A stretch of 43,836 nucleotides of DNA from a virus. This document shows, in pieces, positions 38,681-43,836 of this stretch. The notes beneath the pieces were generated by a model. It saw only the letters and a program-made list of their open reading frames with translations, was not told where the DNA came from and ran no database searches. The stretch lies in IMG/VR virus record IMGVR_UViG_3300022542_000059, positions 1 through 43,836 of that record; one strand, given 5' to 3'. Numbering within the stretch: position 1 is the stretch's first letter; every line of letters starts with the position of its first letter. The position numbers and the translations under genes are program-made.

Positions 38681-41600
38681 TTACTTACGTTGGATAAGAC
38701 CTAAGATTTCCTGCATCTGCTCATCCACCAATGGATCTATAATACTATCGAATAAGACTTTCTGGTCTACTGGCATTTCTAACTTCATCTTCTCTCTGAT
38801 TGCCTGTTGTTGAAATATAATACCAACACGAGCATAGCCAGCTTTCTCAAGCTGTGCTTGGATATTATCAATAAACAGATCAGCAGTATCTGGACTTTCT
38901 ACTCCAAGAGAAGCTGCTTGTTTAGCAACAGATTTCAACCAACTCCGCATTGTAGCTTTTCTTCGGAACATCATTGAGCGATATTCCTGAATCATCCTGA
39001 TATCACCAGGAGTATCTCCAAGAGAAAGTACAAGCACATCTTCAAAAGTAGCATTGTCTTTTAATATCTGTCCAGTACTAGAACGAATCACTCCTGTTGC
39101 ATAGGCTTTAACTGCTTGTCTAATCTTTTCTACACCTACAAATGGCTTGATTGCTTCACGACCAGCCGCACCTAGTGTCTCACCTGGAATACTTGTTACA
39201 CCATATTCCTCAATTGCCTCGAACATAATTCTTGCAGTTAATTTACTTTGTTTAAGTACTTTCTTTGTTACCGAATAAGAAGCACCAAGCATGTTCTCAT
39301 CCCAAGATGCTCCTTGAGTAAAGGACGTAAACAAACCATCTACAGCCATACGAGGAGCCAATGCAATCTGCCCATCTGTGAGAGCAGAAGGAAGTCCCTG
39401 TTGTAAGGCAAGGAATAAATCTCTAGCTTCCGGTGCAGGAAGTCCAAGTCTATTAGCAGCATCTACTACTGTCTTAGTAGCAGCAAGAGGAACTTCATAT
39501 AGCCACTTACCATCTGCATCTGGTACTTCAGAGAAAAGATTCTCAATCTTCTCTGCTAATACTGAGGCATCAGTATATCCAGGAACACCACGTAATCCAA
39601 AGGCACCAATTGTACCAGCCCATATAGCAAATACTTCACTCTTCTTTAATTCTTTACCAAGGTTAAACATCAAGCCGGCTTGGTCAAAACCAAATCGCTT
39701 AAACATAGTAACTGTTGAAAGGATATCTCCTGTCGCCATACCAGGACGATTAGCTCTTGACATATTATGAGATAATAATGCGCCACGAGCTGTAATTGTA
39801 TCTACAAAATCATCTGTTTTCTTGGTTAAATCTGCCATAGTAAGTACTGGATGTTTACCAGCCTTAATCATACTTTCAATCTCACGCCTTGCAGCTAACC
39901 ATCCAAAGATCTGACCACCCTTCTCTCCCCATAATGCCCAACCAGAAACAGCATTACCAATCTTTTGCAATGTTCCTGTAGAGATTGAATGAATATTCCT
40001 TGGATCTTGTAAGTTACTACCGAATGCTTCAAGATCAATACCATCCAAGATACCAGATCGGATAATTAGATCATTTGTTTCTTTTCCAGCTTTAGTAAGT
40101 TTACGTTCTCCCTTAGTTGCGATTGGAAGTAATACTTCAACAAAATCAGTTTGTGTTTTAGCGGCAACATTGAGTGCTTGTTTAAGATCTCCTCGTACAA
40201 GAGCACCACCAGAACTAATCAGCATTGAGTTAATATACGATGTAGAAAACTGGAGAGGTGCTTGGATTACTGCACCAACTCCCATGAGAGCTTGTCGAGT
40301 TAATCCTTTAACAGCCATACCAGCAGTACGAGTAGTAGGGATTATCTTCTCCAATGCTCTACCTACGGTAGAGACATACTTATTATCTACTAGCTCAACT
40401 TTATCAACAGCAGCTTGCCTTGCTGCATTAAGTAGCTCATCAATCTTAGCAGGACGATTAACAATATTTCTCATCTGTCTCTGATAAGCAGCAATCTCTT
40501 GATGTTGTTTAAAGCCCACTTCTCTTACAGATTTAATAGGAGAGAAAGCATCATCAGGATCAATTAAGAATCTACCATAAGAGTCTAAGAAAGTCTTAAG
40601 CATCTTATCATTATAAGGAGCATTAGCTGTATATCGAGATACTTTAGCCATGTAATATGCAGCAGCTTCAGCAGATTGGAGAATAGGAGCTTGCTCACCA
40701 ATCAATATTTCTTCTTCAATAGCAGCAGTTTTAGCAGAGATAAGACGTTTACCACGTTGCTTCATATATGGTTGTGCTTTATACCCATATCTCCTACGAG
40801 AATCTTTAAGTGCTTGGATAAATTCTTGAGGCTTTCCTCCCTCTTCGAGAGCCTTGAGAAATTGATTGAATTGAGGATCAGTCATCCGAAACTGATTATC
40901 AAACATATCAGCAGATGTAATTACATCTGTAGTAGGACCATCAATTCTATCGGCAATATAGAAAATATTCTTTTCTGGATTAGCAAACTTTGTAGTAAAC
41001 TTTGCTGCCTCTACATTAGTCCTTGCTGTTGCAACTTTCTTTGCTCCTATGATATTTCCTGCATCATCAAGTTGCACTTCCGTGATAATAAAATCATCAG
41101 TGTACTTAACGTGCATATAGTCACCCTCAACAGAATTAAGAGGATTATATGTATCAGGAATATTATGAAGAGAAGTCTCTACTTGTTCTTTAGTAAGGAC
41201 AATATGTTCTCCTGCACCACCACGTTCTCCCTTCTTAGAGAAATACCAAATACTATCTCCTGCCTTTACATTCTCATCTCCCCAAGAAATAGCATTCCCA
41301 TCAATATCTAGCAAGGGTTTCTCAGGATCACGAATATGTACAGGAAAGGCAATCTCTTCAGACTCAGTAAAATACTTATAGCCTTTGTCCCGCATCTGAA
41401 TACGCATTGAATCATTCAGAATACGACCAGCATCATCGTGAACTCTTCGGTATGCAGTAAAAGAATCAATAACTTTAGTTGATGCTGCAATAAAACTATC
41501 AGGATCACCTGGACGTTGGAATCCACCAGGAACAGTATTCCAATGAAATCCCCAATCATTTGCTTCTTGGATAACATGTTCTAAAAGTTTAGCATCATTT

Positions 41601-43336
41601 CCTTTTACATTACCAAAGATCTTAGTTAGACTTTTACCAAAAGCTCTGCGTAGTCTCTGTTCTTCTTTGATATTCAGAAGAGGCTTAATAACTAAATCTT
41701 CTTTTGCTACTCCTTTAAACATAGCTCTTGGATTAAAAGTAAAACCAAGAAGTCTACTACCAGATTTTCCTGCCCAACCAGTAGCATCAGGACCAGCAGA
41801 AAGAGTACGATTATAAATCTTCTGATGGGACATACCCTCAACAAATTCCGTAACAGGAACTTGCATCATTCGGTTCTCTATTTGTACTGCTGCCGTATCA
41901 CTAATCTTCTTTACATTCTCCATCTGCCTACCAAACTCACCTGTAGGATTAACTACTCCCGAAGTAGGAAGATCTGGAATCATAGTGATAGTAATAACTT
42001 CATCGGCATCAATAGATTTCTTGATTGCCTCTATACCCTCTACTTGAGGAACATTAACGGCAAGAACAGCTTCGGTAATATTATCTGTCGCCATCCTATC
42101 ACCTGATACTCCGGCATTAACTGCCATAGTAGCTGCGGCAGATTCTTGAAGACGAAGAATATCATCGGTAGGTTTATCAGCTATTACATCTATAAATGCA
42201 GCAGATAATTTATTAGCAATACGATCATCTGATTTACTAAGAACAACTAACTTCTCATATTTATCCGCATCAAGAGTTTTAAGTTTCTTTAAATATCCAA
42301 CTAGACTATCATGTGAAGCTCTGGTCATGGCCATAGTAGTAGCAGGGCCAATGATCTTACTCATTTTCTTAGCAGATTTCATAAGTCTGAGTGCCTTAAT
42401 TGCCCCAGTAGCAACAATAGCACCACCATCCGTAAAAGGATCTACAAATAAACTAAATGTTTCAGCAGAATTAGAGGCAAGTTCTGTAGCAAAACCTCCT
42501 CTCTTCTTCTTCTCATCAATCAATGCACGAAAAGATTCCATCTCTTCTTTAGTTTCTTCATCAAATAAACCATGAATAAACTCAGGAAGCATCATAGTCT
42601 GATACATAAACTCATCAAGCCAAACTTCAGAGTATGCTTGTTTATCTTTTTCTTCGGTAAATAATCCAATGAAAGAAGTACCAGCATATTCTTGTTCTTT
42701 TGCTGCAACATACTTAGCTGCTGGATGGGCTCGTTTAAATTTCTCTGTTTGAAACCAAGAGACTCTTGTAGGACCAAGAGAACCTTGCTGCTCGAATTTA
42801 ATAGCCGAAACCATACGGCCTTCCCATTCCATCTGAGCCCAAATCTCAGCATCTTCTTCTACAGTTAATTTCTGTAGCTGGGGAATAAGTTGTTTATTAA
42901 TATTCCTTTCATGAAGAGAATAAATACCAGTATCATAATCCTCAAAGAAAGTATCAGACTGTGGAAGGTTACGAATATTTCTTAAGAGAGTAAGTTTCTC
43001 TTCTACAGAAGTAGTAAGATCACCCATAGCCGCTTCTACCCGAAGAGATTTCATAAGCTGATCTTCTTCTGCAAAGATAGAAGCATACTTATCTCTAATA
43101 TTAAGACCCTGTTGTGCTTGACCAACATCAACTGCTACCTGAGAAGGGTCAGGTAATTCTTCTCCTGTAATTAAAGCATTATCCTCCATAAGTTGATTAG
43201 CTTCAAGAGAGTCCATAACTACAGAAGAATCTTCATTAACATCTGCTGGTATCTGTAGTTCTGCTGCCTGACTATCAATAAGAGATAGCAGATTATCTGG
43301 AGTTACTTGTTCTTGTGGGATGATAACATCAGCCAT
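38681..43336 (-). CDS. Giant internal virion / DNA-ejection protein (T7 gp16-like by size and position)
   Basis: 1551-aa ORF directly after the 521-aa gene (TAATG overlap). Long helical and hydrophobic stretches. No catalytic motif recognised. Confidence 0.55.
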   Translation of the reverse strand: MADVIIPQEQVTPDNLLSLIDSQAAELQIPADVNEDSSVVMDSLEANQLMEDNALITGEELPDPSQVAVDVGQAQQGLNIRDKYASIFAEEDQLMKSLRVEAAMGDLTTSVEEKLTLLRNIRNLPQSDTFFEDYDTGIYSLHERNINKQLIPQLQKLTVEEDAEIWAQMEWEGRMVSAIKFEQQGSLGPTRVSWFQTEKFKRAHPAAKYVAAKEQEYAGTSFIGLFTEEKDKQAYSEVWLDEFMYQTMMLPEFIHGLFDEETKEEMESFRALIDEKKKRGGFATELASNSAETFSLFVDPFTDGGAIVATGAIKALRLMKSAKKMSKIIGPATTMAMTRASHDSLVGYLKKLKTLDADKYEKLVVLSKSDDRIANKLSAAFIDVIADKPTDDILRLQESAAATMAVNAGVSGDRMATDNITEAVLAVNVPQVEGIEAIKKSIDADEVITITMIPDLPTSGVVNPTGEFGRQMENVKKISDTAAVQIENRMMQVPVTEFVEGMSHQKIYNRTLSAGPDATGWAGKSGSRLLGFTFNPRAMFKGVAKEDLVIKPLLNIKEEQRLRRAFGKSLTKIFGNVKGNDAKLLEHVIQEANDWGFHWNTVPGGFQRPGDPDSFIAASTKVIDSFTAYRRVHDDAGRILNDSMRIQMRDKGYKYFTESEEIAFPVHIRDPEKPLLDIDGNAISWGDENVKAGDSIWYFSKKGERGGAGEHIVLTKEQVETSLHNIPDTYNPLNSVEGDYMHVKYTDDFIITEVQLDDAGNIIGAKKVATARTNVEAAKFTTKFANPEKNIFYIADRIDGPTTDVITSADMFDNQFRMTDPQFNQFLKALEEGGKPQEFIQALKDSRRRYGYKAQPYMKQRGKRLISAKTAAIEEEILIGEQAPILQSAEAAAYYMAKVSRYTANAPYNDKMLKTFLDSYGRFLIDPDDAFSPIKSVREVGFKQHQEIAAYQRQMRNIVNRPAKIDELLNAARQAAVDKVELVDNKYVSTVGRALEKIIPTTRTAGMAVKGLTRQALMGVGAVIQAPLQFSTSYINSMLISSGGALVRGDLKQALNVAAKTQTDFVEVLLPIATKGERKLTKAGKETNDLIIRSGILDGIDLEAFGSNLQDPRNIHSISTGTLQKIGNAVSGWALWGEKGGQIFGWLAARREIESMIKAGKHPVLTMADLTKKTDDFVDTITARGALLSHNMSRANRPGMATGDILSTVTMFKRFGFDQAGLMFNLGKELKKSEVFAIWAGTIGAFGLRGVPGYTDASVLAEKIENLFSEVPDADGKWLYEVPLAATKTVVDAANRLGLPAPEARDLFLALQQGLPSALTDGQIALAPRMAVDGLFTSFTQGASWDENMLGASYSVTKKVLKQSKLTARIMFEAIEEYGVTSIPGETLGAAGREAIKPFVGVEKIRQAVKAYATGVIRSSTGQILKDNATFEDVLVLSLGDTPGDIRMIQEYRSMMFRRKATMRSWLKSVAKQAASLGVESPDTADLFIDNIQAQLEKAGYARVGIIFQQQAIREKMKLEMPVDQKVLFDSIIDPLVDEQMQEILGLIQRK

Positions 43337-43836
43337 TATTTTTCCTCTTCAGTAGTACCAAAGAACGCAGAGACAAAACCGCTACCTTCTTTTTTATTTT
43401 CATCAACATATTTTCTAAGGACTCGTAATACTTCTTTATTATCTTCAAATACGCTATAGAGAGTATTAGCTCTCCTGTCTAATTCTAATTTTACTTTCGG
43501 TGGCAGTTGAGCATAGGAGTTTAGCTGCTTAAGTTTCTCAAGCATTACTAAAGTATTCTCTACGGTAGCTGCTTCTGGATTAGTCATATCACCTTTAGTA
43601 ATATGAAATAAAGAATTCAATACGATCTGTGTAGCAGCATTTGTATTAGGGAAATCTTTACCAGCAGGATCTTCATCACTTGCTGCCGCCCATGTAGGAG
43701 CAAATCTTTCCCTTACAATAATCTCATCATTCTGAATAAGAGACATATAAGCAATAGCAGGAATATCTTTTGCAAAGCTAGACTTCATATAGAAGTTAGA
43801 CATGACAAGAGATTGCATATTTGTAGAAACAAGAAG
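43336..43836 (-). CDS. 3-prime part of the junction-spanning 521-codon gene (see 1..1184)
   Basis: The track ORF 43336..43818 begins at an internal Met. The frame stays open to the right edge and is in phase with 1..1184 via the overlap. Confidence 0.7.
   Translation of the reverse strand, partial: LLVSTNMQSLVMSNFYMKSSFAKDIPAIAYMSLIQNDEIIVRERFAPTWAAASDEDPAGKDFPNTNAATQIVLNSLFHITKGDMTNPEAATVENTLVMLEKLKQLNSYAQLPPKVKLELDRRANTLYSVFEDNKEVLRVLRKYVDENKKEGSGFVSAFFGTTEEEK
43718..43836. repeat. Right copy of the 119-bp closure overlap
   Basis: Identical to 1..119. Confidence 0.9.

Noticed and set aside
40676-41311. 211-aa plus-strand ORF (and 39378..39770, 40170..40484, 41825..42106, 42327..42575)
   Set aside because: All are antisense to the 1551-aa virion gene. 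They show AT-rich frame artefacts with Ile/Leu/Ser/Cys-rich junk translations.
1-43836. Temperate lifestyle or defence-island content (integrase, repressor, toxin-antitoxin, reverse transcriptase, methyltransferase)
   Set aside because: None of the ORF translations shows integrase, HTH-repressor, RT or methyltransferase motifs. Every large ORF is accounted for by virion, replication or nucleotide-metabolism functions.

Overview
The window is a complete, circularly closed phage genome. Bases 1..119 are identical to 43718..43836, so the unit is 43,717 bp plus a 119-bp closure overlap that falls inside a gene. The organisation is that of a lytic podovirus with T7-type morphogenesis gene order. 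I found no phage RNA polymerase, integrase or repressor.

Two arms diverge from a ~0.75-kb non-coding control region (12784..13607) and converge on a bidirectional terminator (35645..35684).

- Minus arm (12783 down to 1, continuing 43717 down to 35686; AT-rich): terS-like, terL, portal, scaffold, major capsid, decoration-like proteins, gp11/gp12-like tail tube proteins, gp14/15/16-like internal virion proteins (146, 521 and 1551 aa), a beta-helix tailspike and DUF1353.
- Plus arm (13510..35637): an early region with repeated sigma70 promoter cassettes, micro-ORFs and a Lar-type anti-restriction gene. It is followed by gp4-like primase-helicase, family A DNA polymerase, an SSB with a DDIPF tail, two tRNAs (Leu-UAA, Thr-UGU), a PD-(D/E)XK nuclease, a metallophosphoesterase, DUF3310, dUTPase, NrdG/NrdD, ThyX and a holin-like/transglycosylase lysis pair.

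Most notable observations:
- thyX is split into two separately translatable halves by an apparently intron-less HNH homing-endonuclease gene.
- nrdD carries a ~395-aa LAGLIDADG intein.
- There are two further free-standing HNH genes.
- An early array of near-identical promoter/RBS cassettes drives 23-28-codon hydrophobic peptides next to the Lar-like gene and a very acidic protein.
- The repeat-dense control region contains a consensus late promoter, a tandem ~36-bp repeat, a GCGAAGC mini-hairpin and a C6-A-C6 tract.
- A GC-rich island (27033..28200) holds a frameshifted conserved gene.
- Several Lys-rich micro-proteins lie in the virion module, one with an internal MAPRPPRK repeat.

All functional calls come from motif reading by eye. 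No database search was possible.
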